DNA of 64,000 bases. Source: Nitrososphaeraceae archaeon. Lineage in GTDB: Archaea > Thermoproteota > Nitrososphaeria > Nitrososphaerales > Nitrososphaeraceae. Under the pieces are notes generated by a model. The model saw only the letters and a program-made list of their open reading frames with translations. It ran no database searches and was not told where the DNA came from. The stretch covers positions 160,001 to 224,000 of the forward strand of contig DATGZA010000014.1 of NCBI GenBank assembly GCA_035297365.1. The letters run 5' to 3'. A program made the position numbers and the translations under genes. Below are positions 1 through 11,175 of this stretch, piece after piece (the stretch's first letter is position 1; each line of letters begins with the position of its first letter).

Positions 1-400
1 GACAAAATCTTGGATGATTTAATAGTATGCATAATGCATCTGTAAATTTAGTTTTCATATGATGTTCTATTCCACAGACCATTTCTTCATCTATCTCTAT
101 TTTTAGCGCATCATTCATCATAACTTCTAATAATCGTGTATTACGGATCATCTGTTTTCCTATTTTTTCGCCTTTTTGTGTTAACTGGACTAAATTTCCT
201 TTTTCGTATGAAACAAGATTTGAATCATTAAGCTTATGCAACATTTGAACTACCGAGGGTTGTTTTACATTCAATAATTTTGCTATTGAACTGACCTTTA
301 TCTCTTTACCCATTTCACGAATAAACCAAATCGCTTTTAAATACATCTCTGTATGTTCAGATTCCGCTGTCCCTAGATACAAAGCCTCCTCGCTAACCAT
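1..400 (-). CDS. DtxR/MntR-family metal-dependent transcriptional regulator (runs off the window edge)
   Basis: Manual translation from ATG at 400: MVSEEALYLGTAESEHTEMYLKAIW...IAKLLNVKQPSVVQMLHKL...LTQKGEKIG...RLLE...CGIEHH. These are DtxR wHTH and metal-site motifs. Not in the ORF track. Confidence 0.88.
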   Translation of the reverse strand, partial: MVSEEALYLGTAESEHTEMYLKAIWFIREMGKEIKVSSIAKLLNVKQPSVVQMLHKLNDSNLVSYEKGNLVQLTQKGEKIGKQMIRNTRLLEVMMNDALKIEIDEEMVCGIEHHMKTKFTDALCILLNHPRFC

Positions 401-508
401 CTCTGGAGATATCTTCAAGCTTACGTTACTCCTACTGTTAATTCCAACTATTAACTTTTCCCAACTATTAGAAACTAAATTTAAATCCCCGAGTGTCTGA
501 ATATCTAG

Positions 509-1657
509 ATGATGTCAACTATTAATCAGATTACTGTTGTTGGATCTGGTGTTATGGGTCATGGCATTGCACAAATATCAGCAATGGCCGGTTATGAAGT
601 TGTTATCCGAGATATCCAACAATCTTTTCTTGATAAAGCGATGGAGAAAATAAACTGGTCTGTAAATAAATTAGCGGAGAAGAAAAAAATTAATCAAACT
701 GAAGCAGAAAAGATAATAAACAGGATTCATCCGATCGTGGATATAGAACAGTCATTAAAAAACTCTGAGCTAATAATAGAGGCTGTTCCAGAAGATTTAC
801 GATTAAAACATAAAGTATATGAAGAATTAGATAAATATGCCGATAAGAATGTAATTTTTGCATCAAATACCAGTACCTTACCAATTTCTGAAATTTCGTC
901 ATTTACTTCAAGATCAAACAGGTTTATAGGCCTACATTTTTTTAATCCTCCTCAATTGATGAAATTAGTCGAGGTAATACCTGGAGATAAAACTGATAAA
1001 CAAATTACAGATTTAATAATTAATTTTGTCAACAAGATAGGAAAGATTCCTATTCTGTGCAAAAAAGACGTCCCTGGCTTTATAGTTAACAGAATTTTCA
1101 TCCCACTTGTTCATGAAGCTGTGTATTCTTTGGATAGATCAAAATCATCGCTTGTTGAAATAGATTCAGCATCAAAATATAAAATGGCCTTGCCTATGGG
1201 TATTTTTGAATTAGCAGATTATACGGGTATTGACGTTATACATAAAGCAACAAATGAAATGTATTCTCGTGATAAAAAGGTAATATTTCCTCATCCAAAA
1301 ATCCAGGAATTATTTGAAAATAAAGAATTGGGTCAAAAGACAGGAAAAGGATTCTATCAGTATCAAGGGGATAATTATGAAAGAATACAACTTACAGAAG
1401 AATTGGCAGAAAAGTTTGATCCTATCTCTTTAGTATCAGTGGCAGTCAATAATGCCTCATGGTTACTTTCTAACGGAGTATGCAACAAGAATGAGCTTGA
1501 GCAGGCCTTAATGTTAGGAATGGGATTAAAAAGAGAATTATTTGAAACAGCGGAAATTTTTGGAATAAATAATATAATCGATACATTACAATATCTCAGT
1601 TCGGAATTCGGAATGTTCTATGAACCAGACAAATATTTACTATCTATGAAAAATTAG
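509..1657 (+). CDS. 3-hydroxyacyl-CoA (3-hydroxybutyryl-CoA) dehydrogenase
   Basis: Rossmann VVGSGVMGHG, EAVPE, ASNTS, GLHFFNP, GFIVNR and LGQKTGKGFY motifs. Confidence 0.93.
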   Translation: MMSTINQITVVGSGVMGHGIAQISAMAGYEVVIRDIQQSFLDKAMEKINWSVNKLAEKKKINQTEAEKIINRIHPIVDIEQSLKNSELIIEAVPEDLRLKHKVYEELDKYADKNVIFASNTSTLPISEISSFTSRSNRFIGLHFFNPPQLMKLVEVIPGDKTDKQITDLIINFVNKIGKIPILCKKDVPGFIVNRIFIPLVHEAVYSLDRSKSSLVEIDSASKYKMALPMGIFELADYTGIDVIHKATNEMYSRDKKVIFPHPKIQELFENKELGQKTGKGFYQYQGDNYERIQLTEELAEKFDPISLVSVAVNNASWLLSNGVCNKNELEQALMLGMGLKRELFETAEIFGINNIIDTLQYLSSEFGMFYEPDKYLLSMKN

Positions 1658-1683
1658 AATAAAAAAATAAAAACAACATTTTT

Positions 1684-2190
1684 TTACTTTTTAATATATT
1701 TAATAATATGTTCAACTGCTCTTTTTGGGCTAGTCGTTTTTTGAATCATTATTCTTTTTCGTTCGTCTAAAAATTTTCCACCATAACTATCAGCAATTCC
1801 ACCGCTTCCAGTAATTGCTACCATTCTCTTTTTTAGCATATAACCCACAGTTACCTCAGTCAACGTACCAACTCCACCTCCAACAACTATAATACCATCT
1901 GCTGAACTCGCTACAATAAAGTCCCTACTGTAGCCTATTCCAGTAGGTATTACAATGTCGCAATATTTATTTGCAAATGAGAAGTCATCTTGAGGAATAA
2001 TTCCGATAGTTATACCTCTATTGTCATTCGCACCATTACATGCGGCTTCCATTACTCCACCAAGACCTCCACAGACCAAAACAGAGCCCGATAAAGCAAT
2101 CTCTTTTCCTACGTCATATGCTATTTTTCTTGCAATAGCGGTACAAATATTCTCATTATAACCAATTACCGAAATCTGTCTTTTACGCAT
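1684..2190 (-). CDS. LOG-family / TIGR00725 Rossmann-fold nucleotide-binding protein
   Basis: VCGGLGGVMEA, TIGIIP and GGGVGTLTE motifs. Confidence 0.88.
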   Translation of the reverse strand: MRKRQISVIGYNENICTAIARKIAYDVGKEIALSGSVLVCGGLGGVMEAACNGANDNRGITIGIIPQDDFSFANKYCDIVIPTGIGYSRDFIVASSADGIIVVGGGVGTLTEVTVGYMLKKRMVAITGSGGIADSYGGKFLDERKRIMIQKTTSPKRAVEHIIKYIKK

Positions 2191-2323
2191 CTAATACAAA
2201 GAATCATCTTATTTTAAATTTATTTGGTTATTTTAAATGATATAATGTTACGAACAATTGGAAAAATCTACATTAAATATATTTGAAAATAGAATATATA
2301 TCACCCCAATGTCCTCTGTGCAT

Positions 2324-3580
2324 ATGGAATATAGAGTCAAAGATATTATACTGTCTAATACTGGTAAAAAAAGAATTGATTGGGCACAGTCACATATGCC
2401 TGTCCTGTATGCTTTAAGAAAAAAATTCGAAGTCACAAAGCCTTTAGAAGATATCAAAGTATCTGGTTGTCTTCATGTCACAAAAGAAACTGGTGTCTTG
2501 GTTAGAACCTTAAAAGCTGCTGGTGCTCAAATCTCTTGGTGTGGTTGCAATCCTTTAAGTACCCAAGATGATGTTGCTGCTTCTCTCGCACAGGATGAGG
2601 AAATAGCCATTTTTGCGAGTAGAGGAGTATCCACAGAGCAATATTATGAAGATATTTATTCTACTATAAAACAAGGTCCTAATCTCACTATTGATGACGG
2701 TGCTGACCTTACTGTTGAGATTCACAATAAATTTGCTTCTAATGGTTTCGATCTACTTGGTGGAACGGAAGAAACTACTACTGGAGTGATTAGATTGAGA
2801 GCCATGGAAAAATCTGGTAAATTGTTATATCCAATTATTGCAGTAAATGATGCCGAGACAAAACACGATTTCGATAACGTGTATGGTACAGGCCAATCGG
2901 CACTCGACGGGATTATTCGTGCAACAAATGTACTGATTGCTGGAAAAAACATAGTTGTAGCCGGATATGGTCATGTAGGTAAGGGAATAGCTAGAAGAGC
3001 TTCAGGCTTAGGTGCAAACGTGATAGTTACTGAAGTGGATCCAATTGCTGCACTTAAAGCGAAACTTGATGGATATTCAGTAACGTATATGAATGATGCA
3101 GTATCCAAAGGTGATATTTTTATTACTGCTACTGGTTGTAAAGATGTCATTTCATATAAACATATTCTGAACATGAAGGATGGTGCTATCCTTGCAAATG
3201 CAGGGCATTTCAATGTTGAAATTTCGGTTTCTGATTTGGAAAGCAATTCAATTAAGAAAGAATCCATTAACGAAAGTACTATGTCATATCAATTATCTAA
3301 AGATAAAAAGATCTATTTGATCGGAGAGGGTCGTCTGGTTAATCTAGCGGCAGCGGAAGGACATCCTTCTGAAGTTATGGATATGAGTTTTGCAAATCAG
3401 TTTTTGGCCGTTCTAAAACTTTCTAAAGTTGGTAAGGATTTGAGGCCAAGTGTTTACAATGTAGATAAAAGTCAAGATCAAGAGATTGCAATGTCAAAAC
3501 TTCGTTCAATGAATGTAAAAATTGATGTTCTTTCCCCGGGACAACAAGAATATCTTTCTGGTTTTAGCGAAGGAACTTGA
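2324..3580 (+). CDS. ahcY: Adenosylhomocysteinase
   Basis: GCLH, CNPLSTQD, DDGADL, EETTTG, FDNVYGTG, GYGHVGKG and GHPSEVMD motifs. ATG at 2324 preferred over the TTG at 2258. Confidence 0.97.
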   Translation: MEYRVKDIILSNTGKKRIDWAQSHMPVLYALRKKFEVTKPLEDIKVSGCLHVTKETGVLVRTLKAAGAQISWCGCNPLSTQDDVAASLAQDEEIAIFASRGVSTEQYYEDIYSTIKQGPNLTIDDGADLTVEIHNKFASNGFDLLGGTEETTTGVIRLRAMEKSGKLLYPIIAVNDAETKHDFDNVYGTGQSALDGIIRATNVLIAGKNIVVAGYGHVGKGIARRASGLGANVIVTEVDPIAALKAKLDGYSVTYMNDAVSKGDIFITATGCKDVISYKHILNMKDGAILANAGHFNVEISVSDLESNSIKKESINESTMSYQLSKDKKIYLIGEGRLVNLAAAEGHPSEVMDMSFANQFLAVLKLSKVGKDLRPSVYNVDKSQDQEIAMSKLRSMNVKIDVLSPGQQEYLSGFSEGT

Positions 3581-3641
3581 TCTTCTTTTAAGGTCATGAA
3601 AGAAATAAAGGAACCTAAATCCTCTTATTGTATATCCCTTT

Positions 3642-3716
3642 GGATGGGTAGTCTAGCCTGGTTAAGATACCTGTCTCACACACAGGTGATCGAGAGTTCA
3701 AATCTCTCCTCATCCA
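3642..3716 (+). tRNA. tRNA-Val(CAC)
   Basis: Acceptor GGATGGG/CTCATCC, anticodon arm CCTGT-CTCACAC-ACAGG, T arm GAGAG-TTCAAAT-CTCTC. Confidence 0.95.
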
Positions 3717-4636
3717 TCATTTAAATAATAAATATGATCCTTTATACAGTGCTTTATGCCTTCCTGTTAAAATTTTTTAATATATAATAACAGAATTAAA
3801 AAAAATTCGTTGATATTCCAAGACTGGGGCCAAAGAGCACAACAAGGATTGAAGCTTATTTCTGTTATGAAGAGTATTTGCAGAAAATATTCTATCTAGA
3901 GTTACACGAATACCAGATCAGCAATAAACATTAGATATACATTCTATTCTGTTCCCATATTGGTTAATGGTAACGGTATCACAGTAACAATTTCTGTATC
4001 GCTTAAATTCAAATAAATGTTTGCATCCGAATATCATAGCAACAGAACCAAATAAAATAAAATATCAAAAAGGAAGTCGTTTTAGGTATTAGTTGTAGAC
4101 AAACGATATGACACAAGATAATCATAGACTCATTAGAGACAAACTGAATAGATACAGTATTACACTACTGATATAGGAGGATAAACCAATACTGAAAACT
4201 CATCAAAAATATAGTCAGTTGAAGCTTGCATACCACAATATTTTGTACATGAAGAGAAATAATATAGATGAGATTATATTATCTTTCATAAAAAGAATCT
4301 TTGGAGAACATACTACATTCAGATCGATACTATTGCAGAATAGAGAACTCATTTTTAGACGTGTTGCGTCTAATGTTAATAACATGATATGTTCGTAATT
4401 ATCTTGATGATTTCTACGCAACCGTATTAACAGATCATTTAAATAAAAACATTAGGTCTGCTTTAAGACATGTTTTTTAATATTAATCATTATGTGAATA
4501 AACTAAAAGATATTTCAAATATTTTTTTATCATTGTTTGCTTGTCAAAATTGAATGTATGATCAAATGAAATTATCTTGGTTTATTATATGTTGTAATAA
4601 AAAAAAGGAGTCAAATATTTTAAAAAATAAGGAATT

Positions 4637-5683
4637 TTATTTCTTCCTAGCTTTGACTAACACCAGTACCGCTACGGCTCCCATCATTCCTCCAAGAATT
4701 AATAATACTTGAATTGGAAAATCACCTGATGATGTAACAGTTCCTTCTGGAGCATTAGGTGTTACAAATGCTACTTCTCCACCACCAACTTTTTGAACTT
4801 TTGCAAAGCCACCTATCTGTATCTGAGCACTGGGTGGCGGATTTGATGTTCTGATTGTTACATCTGAACCATTGATTGTTGTTTCAGCCGATGCCTCGAC
4901 TGCAGTATGTGTTCCTTCTCTGAGACTGCTTTCTCCTAGTGAAAATACCGAAACAACTCTAGTACCTCCTTCTCCTGCGTAACCTGATCCAGCAGCCGAT
5001 GCCTGACTTCCAGTGGGGTCAAAGAGAAAATGCCATCTGTCCATCGGTAATCCTATCTCCTCGTAATCTAACAATGGTGTTTGAAGAATTTTTTTTGCGT
5101 CTTCTGAAGAGGATAATATTTGAGCCGCTTCTGGGTATTTTGCCAATATTAGTCCCATTGGATAGTTTATATCAAATTTCCCATATTCTGGAACGCTAAC
5201 TGTAAGTGGACCCGGAACTACTACGCTCCTCCAATCAAGATCAACTGCAGTTGTCCTATTATTAGATGGAAGTACAAAATTAGTAATTTCTGGCATAAAT
5301 TTAATTTTATATGATATTGCCACTCGATTTTCCTCACCTCTTATTTGAGCAGTATATTCTAATTTAGATTTGTTTAGTTGTATAGGGCTATTCTTATCCA
5401 CAAGAATAGCTTCATTAACGGACCTCTGCAGCTCATTCATTCCTGCGTCTGATGAATTCAATTTAAATGATATGCGTTCATTTGTACCATTAAATATCTT
5501 TGATAATTCACTTCCTGGTTCATATTTTATAGTTAAAAATCTTATACTAGTAAATACAGGATCTGCCTTGTCAGTCTGCGGGATAAGAAATGCTTCCATC
5601 TGTGCAGCAAATGCCTGTGAAAAAACAACAGGTACTAATATCAATCCCATGACCCAATATGTCAATAAGGCCTTTCGATTCAC
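4637..5683 (-). CDS. Secreted, C-terminally membrane-anchored hypothetical protein
   Basis: Signal peptide ending AFA; C-terminal hydrophobic helix followed by KARKK. Confidence 0.8.
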   Translation of the reverse strand: MNRKALLTYWVMGLILVPVVFSQAFAAQMEAFLIPQTDKADPVFTSIRFLTIKYEPGSELSKIFNGTNERISFKLNSSDAGMNELQRSVNEAILVDKNSPIQLNKSKLEYTAQIRGEENRVAISYKIKFMPEITNFVLPSNNRTTAVDLDWRSVVVPGPLTVSVPEYGKFDINYPMGLILAKYPEAAQILSSSEDAKKILQTPLLDYEEIGLPMDRWHFLFDPTGSQASAAGSGYAGEGGTRVVSVFSLGESSLREGTHTAVEASAETTINGSDVTIRTSNPPPSAQIQIGGFAKVQKVGGGEVAFVTPNAPEGTVTSSGDFPIQVLLILGGMMGAVAVLVLVKARKK

Positions 5684-5866
5684 ACTAAATCTCTAAATTT
5701 GACGAATATAATTCTTATTATTAAAAAATTGGTATATTTTTAAAAAATATTATCTTAAATATTTGAAAAAATTTCAATTTTTTACAATTTAAAACAAGTC
5801 TGTTCCCTATAATGTCAATCCATTAATCGAAAATTTTACATTCGTCGTTTTAACTTTATTTGATGA

Positions 5867-6778
5867 TTGATCACAGTTTTAGCCGGAGGAACTGGCTCCA
5901 TTAAGATAATTCGCGGGCTAAGCGTTATTACCTCCAAATTATCGATAATTGCTAACGTTGGGGATAACTTTTGGTTTCAGGGCTTGTACATATGTCCAGA
6001 TGTTGACACGTCACTCTATGGACTAAAAGGAATACTTGACAAGAAGCGTGGTTGGGGGATAAAAAATGACTCTTTTACTTTTATTGACACTCTGAAAAGC
6101 TTAGGGGAAGAAAACTGGTTTAAAATAGGAGATAAAGACCTTGTAAACCATATCATCAGAACAAGATTGCTACGAGAAGGCTTACCACTATATGAAGTAA
6201 TTAAAAAGATTGCAAAATTGTATGATATAAAACACAATGTTATACCAGCTACCGATACACCAATTGAAACAAGAATAATTACCGATAAAGGAGATATAAA
6301 CATTCAAGAGTTTTGGGTAAAGTATAAAGGAAAACCAAGAGTTTACGATGTTTATTATAAAAATGTTGAAAACGCCAAGATAAATGAGAACATTACAAAA
6401 TTATTACGTCATTCCAAATCGATAATCATAGCACCAGCTAACCCAATTTCGAGTATTGGACCAATATTAGCTATTAAACCAATTCAAGACGAATTAATAT
6501 GCCAAAGAAAAAAAGTTTTGGCTATCTCTCCTATCATTGGAAATAAACCATTCAGTGGACCAGCTGCAAAATATCTTGAATCCAAAAGAATTGAAATCTC
6601 ATCTCTTGGAATAGCAAAATTTTATTCCAGATTTGTAAGTAAATTAGTTATTCACAAAACAGACCATCTTCTTTCAGAACTTATTTCAGATATAGGAGTT
6701 CAGCCATATATCACAAATATCATTATGCGAGGTCCAAGAGAGGAAGTCAATTTGGCAAAATACATTTCAGCATTATAG
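5867..6778 (+). CDS. cofD: 2-phospho-L-lactate transferase (F420 biosynthesis)
   Basis: LAGGTG, NVGD, CPDVD, WFKIGDKD, NPISSIGPIL and SGPA motifs; adjacent to cofC. Confidence 0.93.
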   Translation: MITVLAGGTGSIKIIRGLSVITSKLSIIANVGDNFWFQGLYICPDVDTSLYGLKGILDKKRGWGIKNDSFTFIDTLKSLGEENWFKIGDKDLVNHIIRTRLLREGLPLYEVIKKIAKLYDIKHNVIPATDTPIETRIITDKGDINIQEFWVKYKGKPRVYDVYYKNVENAKINENITKLLRHSKSIIIAPANPISSIGPILAIKPIQDELICQRKKVLAISPIIGNKPFSGPAAKYLESKRIEISSLGIAKFYSRFVSKLVIHKTDHLLSELISDIGVQPYITNIIMRGPREEVNLAKYISAL

Positions 6779-6785
6779 GTAGAAT

Positions 6786-7427
6786 TTGAGATTGAAAATA
6801 GTTGCGATTGTGCCAATAAAGAATACGGAATCTTCCAAATCTAGACTATCCTTCATATTGAATCAAAATCAAAGAAGAATGCTTGTAAATTTTCTGCTTG
6901 ACTTAACAATAAAAGAACTAAATAAATCCTCTTTGATAACCAATATCCTTTTAGTATCAAGCGATAAATATTTCAGGGAAGTTTATAAAAACAAAAAAAT
7001 CGGATTTCTCACAGATTTTAATGAAGGAGTAAATAAAGCCATCTCACTGGCTGATTCTTATCTAGAAAATCAGAAAATCGACGCAAGTATAGTAATTCCC
7101 ATAGATTTACCTCTCATCACTTCTTGTGATGTTGATTATTTTTGCAGAATGTCCATGGAGTTTTCAAAATGTGTAATTATCTGTCCCTCTAAAAGATTGG
7201 ATGGAACCAATATCATGTTACGGAAACCACATAATGTCATTAAAACCTATTATGATGACAACAGTTATCAAAATCACTTTCTAGAAGCAAAACTTTACAA
7301 TGTCCCCATCAAACCGGTATATCGCGATAATCTTACTTTTGACATTGATACAAGAGAGGACTTGATTTCACTAACAAAAATTGGTAACTGGGAAAATATT
7401 TTAAAAAAATTGGGATTATTTTCATAA
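6786..7427 (+). CDS. cofC: 2-phospho-L-lactate guanylyltransferase
   Basis: VPIK..SKSRLS, DLP, DGTN and DIDT motifs; follows cofD. Confidence 0.9.
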   Translation: MRLKIVAIVPIKNTESSKSRLSFILNQNQRRMLVNFLLDLTIKELNKSSLITNILLVSSDKYFREVYKNKKIGFLTDFNEGVNKAISLADSYLENQKIDASIVIPIDLPLITSCDVDYFCRMSMEFSKCVIICPSKRLDGTNIMLRKPHNVIKTYYDDNSYQNHFLEAKLYNVPIKPVYRDNLTFDIDTREDLISLTKIGNWENILKKLGLFS

Positions 7428-7513
7428 TTTTCTTTATTTGATATTTATAATTAAGATCTTTTTTATAATTTTACTAGTTAACTATATTAAGTCTAGATAG
7501 CAATTTGAAAATA

Positions 7514-8563
7514 ATGAAGGCGGCAGTTTTTAGAGAATATAACAAGGATCCTACACAGGTAGTTAAAATTGAAGATATAGATACTCCTAAAATAAAACCT
7601 AATGAAGTTTTGATAAAGGTCGAATCAGCTTCATATAATTATAATGATTTATGGGCAATTTGGGGAGATCCTGTCCAAACCCCACTTCCTCATATTTCAG
7701 GAAGTGATGTAGCGGGTACAGTGGTAGAGATTGGAGAAGAAGTAACCAACTTTAAGCTAGGAGACAGAGTTGTTTCTCATTCTAATATGAGTTGTAGAAC
7801 TTGTGCTTTATGTACAGCTGGAAAAGAATATGATTGTGCACAAAGAAGCATTTGGGGTTTTCAAACTGGACCTCTTTGGGGAGGGTTTGCGCAATATACC
7901 CATTTGCCCGAAGTAAATGTAGCCAAGATACCAGATACAGTATCTTTTGCTGATGCTGCAGCAATTTCAATGGTGGGAATGACATCATGGCATATGTTAG
8001 TTGGTAGAGCGAAGATAAAACCAGGACAAACAGTTTTGATAATGGGGGGAACAAGCGGAGTAGGAATGTCGGGAATCCAAATAGCAAAATTATATAATTG
8101 TGATGTTATTGCAACTGCGGGTAATCAGGCAAAAATGGATAAGTGTCTGGAGCTCGGTGCGGATCATGTTGTAAACCATCGAGAGTCTGATTGGTCTAAG
8201 AAAGTACGAAATCTAACAAATAAACAAGGAGTGGATGTAGTTTTCGAACACATCGGAAAATCTGTTTTTCCACAGGAAGTCTCTTTATTAAAAATGGGAG
8301 GAACCCTTGTAGCTACGGGTGCCACCACTGGCTATGACTCCACGATAGATTTGAGATATCTTTTCTTTAAAGGCACTAATCTTCTTGGTTCTACTCAGGG
8401 GACAAAAGCAGAATTGGAAGATGTCATATACTGGGTTGGTAAAGGTAAAATCAAACCGCTTATAGCAACAACTTTACCATTTTCTGATATGGTGAAGGGT
8501 CATACTATGATGGCCAATGCTGATCAGATTGGGAAGATCCTCACAACTCCACAAAGCCTTTAA
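7514..8563 (+). CDS. Zn-binding medium-chain dehydrogenase/reductase
   Basis: HISGSD motif, structural Zn site CRTCALC-x7-C and GGTSGVG NAD(P) motif. Confidence 0.88.
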   Translation: MKAAVFREYNKDPTQVVKIEDIDTPKIKPNEVLIKVESASYNYNDLWAIWGDPVQTPLPHISGSDVAGTVVEIGEEVTNFKLGDRVVSHSNMSCRTCALCTAGKEYDCAQRSIWGFQTGPLWGGFAQYTHLPEVNVAKIPDTVSFADAAAISMVGMTSWHMLVGRAKIKPGQTVLIMGGTSGVGMSGIQIAKLYNCDVIATAGNQAKMDKCLELGADHVVNHRESDWSKKVRNLTNKQGVDVVFEHIGKSVFPQEVSLLKMGGTLVATGATTGYDSTIDLRYLFFKGTNLLGSTQGTKAELEDVIYWVGKGKIKPLIATTLPFSDMVKGHTMMANADQIGKILTTPQSL

Positions 8564-8600
8564 TCTTTTTATTTTTTTTATTACTCTAGTGATTTTATAC

Positions 8601-9533
8601 ATGGTATTTAGGACCCTTTTATTTATACCCGGAAATAACAAGAAATTTTTGGATAAATCTAAAACTCTATCTCCTGATATAATCTGTTATGACCTGGAAG
8701 ATTCTGTTCCCCTCAATGAAAAAGAAATTGCAAGACAAATGATAATGCACGCTACCTATCATGATCAATATAAGGATAATTCTGTCGAGAAACCGCAGAT
8801 GTTGGGAAAATTAGCAAATACTAATTCCCAAGTTTTTGTTAGAATAAATTCATTTGAATCTGGAATATATGACCAGGATTTAAGATCTACATTGCATAGT
8901 GGAATAGATGGAGTAGTTATACCAAAAGTAAACTCAGTTTTCGAACTTGAACAAATAATCAATCTTATTAAATCTTTGGAAAAAGAAAGGAATCTCGAAA
9001 AAATAAAGTTAATCCCATCAATAGAATCTTCTTTGGGCGTTGTAAATTCATATTCGATCGCTTCTTTTGATTCTAGAGTTATTGCATTAGTTTTTGGTGT
9101 TTTTGATTATTTATATGATATGAAACTAGATTATTCTGAACGTGATGGATTAGAATATAATTATGCGCGAGCAAAAATTCCAGTTGATGCACGAGCTGCT
9201 GGCATTTTTGCTTTAGACTCTATATGGCAAAAAATTGACGATATTGATGGACTAAAACAAGATGCAATGGTAGCAAAGAGACTAGGATATTCAGGAAAAA
9301 CCATAATTCATCCCAAACACATTGATTTTGTTAATGAAATATTTTTTCCTTCACAAAATGAAATAGATTGGGCAACCAAAGTGATATCTATCGTCAAACA
9401 ATTCGAAGAGAAGGGAGATAAAAGAGGCGCGCTCAAGATAGACGGTAAAATGGTTGACGCTGTTCATTTTAAACAGGCGAAATTAATACTTGATATATTG
9501 AAACACAAGCAAGAAGAAAATAAAAGTTCCTAG
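8601..9533 (+). CDS. HpcH/HpaI-CitE family CoA-ester lyase
   Basis: LFIPGN, DLEDSV, VRINS, IPKV, GKTIIHP and GKMVD motifs. ATG at 8601 avoids overlap with the upstream gene. Confidence 0.9.
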   Translation: MVFRTLLFIPGNNKKFLDKSKTLSPDIICYDLEDSVPLNEKEIARQMIMHATYHDQYKDNSVEKPQMLGKLANTNSQVFVRINSFESGIYDQDLRSTLHSGIDGVVIPKVNSVFELEQIINLIKSLEKERNLEKIKLIPSIESSLGVVNSYSIASFDSRVIALVFGVFDYLYDMKLDYSERDGLEYNYARAKIPVDARAAGIFALDSIWQKIDDIDGLKQDAMVAKRLGYSGKTIIHPKHIDFVNEIFFPSQNEIDWATKVISIVKQFEEKGDKRGALKIDGKMVDAVHFKQAKLILDILKHKQEENKSS

Positions 9534-9595
9534 TCTAGTAAACTTTTGATGACAGGTCAATAAGGTTTATTTTCTCATGAACTTCATAGCATGAT

Positions 9596-10948
9596 ATGGC
9601 CATTCTACCAATAGATTCTGGAAGGTATGGTAGCAAGGAAATCAAAATGATTTTTGAAGAAGACAAAAAACTGGAATATGCACTTAAATTTGAAGCCGCT
9701 GTTGCTTCTTCTCAATCAAGTCTAGGTTTAATACCCAAGGAAGCATCTGATGAGATAAATTTACATGTAAATTCTGGCAACATTACAGTAGCAAGGATCA
9801 AGGAACTTGAATCTACGACCGACCATGATATAGCTGCTCTCGTGCAAGCTTTGAGTGAACAATGTTCCCAAACTGCAAAACCTTGGGTCCACTTTGGTCT
9901 AACCAGTAACGATATTGTTGATACTACTACGTCAATGCAATTAAAAGATTCCTTGGTTATAATAGAATCAAAAATTCGAACGCTAGCATCATTATTTTCT
10001 GAGAAAGCTTTAGAATTCAAGAACCAGCCTGCAGTAGGGAGAACTCATGGACAGCATGCTAGTATTATTCCATTCGGTTTAAAATTTGCAGTCTGGGCAA
10101 TCGAAATGGTAAAACATAATGAAAGAATCAAAGAGGGAAAAAAGAGATTCCTAATCTGCAAAACTCTAGGAGTAGTAGGTACAGGATCTCTGATGGGAGA
10201 AAAAGCATTGGAGGTCCAAAATAAAGTTGCTACCTCTTTGAATTTATATCCATCTGAGGCTGCTACACAAGTAATTCCCAGAGAGAGGCTGGCAGAATTT
10301 CAATTTTTGATAGCACTTGTAGGAGCGACTCTCGATAAAGTTGCAATAGAAATAAGGAATTTACAGCGTCCAGAATTGGATGAAGTATCTGAATCTTTTA
10401 AGGTAGGTCAAATGGGAAGCAGCGCAGTGCCAGTAAAGAGAAATCCTATAAAAAGCGAAAGAGTGTCATCCTTAGCAAAACTTTTGCGTTCGTTAGTACA
10501 GGTTGCTATGGATAATATCAGTTTGTGGCATGAAAGAGATCTCTCTAATTCTGCAAATGAAAGATTTACAATTCCTATGGGAATAATACTACTTGATGAG
10601 ATGCTAAATACTATGATCAAAGTTATATCGGAACTGAATATTAACATTGATAAAATTTCTTCCAATATAGAAATTACGAAGGGACAAATTTATGCAGAAT
10701 TTGTTTTGGAATCATTGGTTAAAAAGGGAATTCCAAGAATAAATGCATATATGGATATTCAAAGAATAGCCTTTGCGGCAAAAGAATCTGGAAAACACTT
10801 TATTCAGGCTATAAAGGATGATGATATATTATCATCTCATTTCAATGATGATGAACTTGATTCTCTGTTTAAGCCACAAAATCATTTTGCCTCAGCCATT
10901 CAAATCATAGAAAATGTTTCTAATATTGTCTCGAAAGAATTTGATTAG
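9596..10948 (+). CDS. purB: Adenylosuccinate lyase
   Basis: HFGLTSND, GRTHGQHA, fumarate-lyase signature GSSAVPVKRNP and HERDLSNSANER. Confidence 0.96.
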   Translation: MAILPIDSGRYGSKEIKMIFEEDKKLEYALKFEAAVASSQSSLGLIPKEASDEINLHVNSGNITVARIKELESTTDHDIAALVQALSEQCSQTAKPWVHFGLTSNDIVDTTTSMQLKDSLVIIESKIRTLASLFSEKALEFKNQPAVGRTHGQHASIIPFGLKFAVWAIEMVKHNERIKEGKKRFLICKTLGVVGTGSLMGEKALEVQNKVATSLNLYPSEAATQVIPRERLAEFQFLIALVGATLDKVAIEIRNLQRPELDEVSESFKVGQMGSSAVPVKRNPIKSERVSSLAKLLRSLVQVAMDNISLWHERDLSNSANERFTIPMGIILLDEMLNTMIKVISELNINIDKISSNIEITKGQIYAEFVLESLVKKGIPRINAYMDIQRIAFAAKESGKHFIQAIKDDDILSSHFNDDELDSLFKPQNHFASAIQIIENVSNIVSKEFD

Positions 10949-11175
10949 AAATATTCATAATAAGAATAATCAAGTAGAACCAGAAAATGAAATAACAATA
11001 ATGGTAAATAATGAAAAGCTAAATCATGAATGCAATGACAAATAAATATAGGATGAAAATGCATATAAAAATAAGTACCCCTATTAGAATCAAAATCTTG
11101 TTTAATGATAACTAAAATTTCCTATTTTATATTATTAAAGTAGTATATTCAATAAATATTATAATATTGTTTTGA

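Noticed and set aside
3720-4630. Possible element integrated at tRNA-Val
   Set aside because: No copy of the tRNA-Val 3' end found; only stop-riddled fragments.
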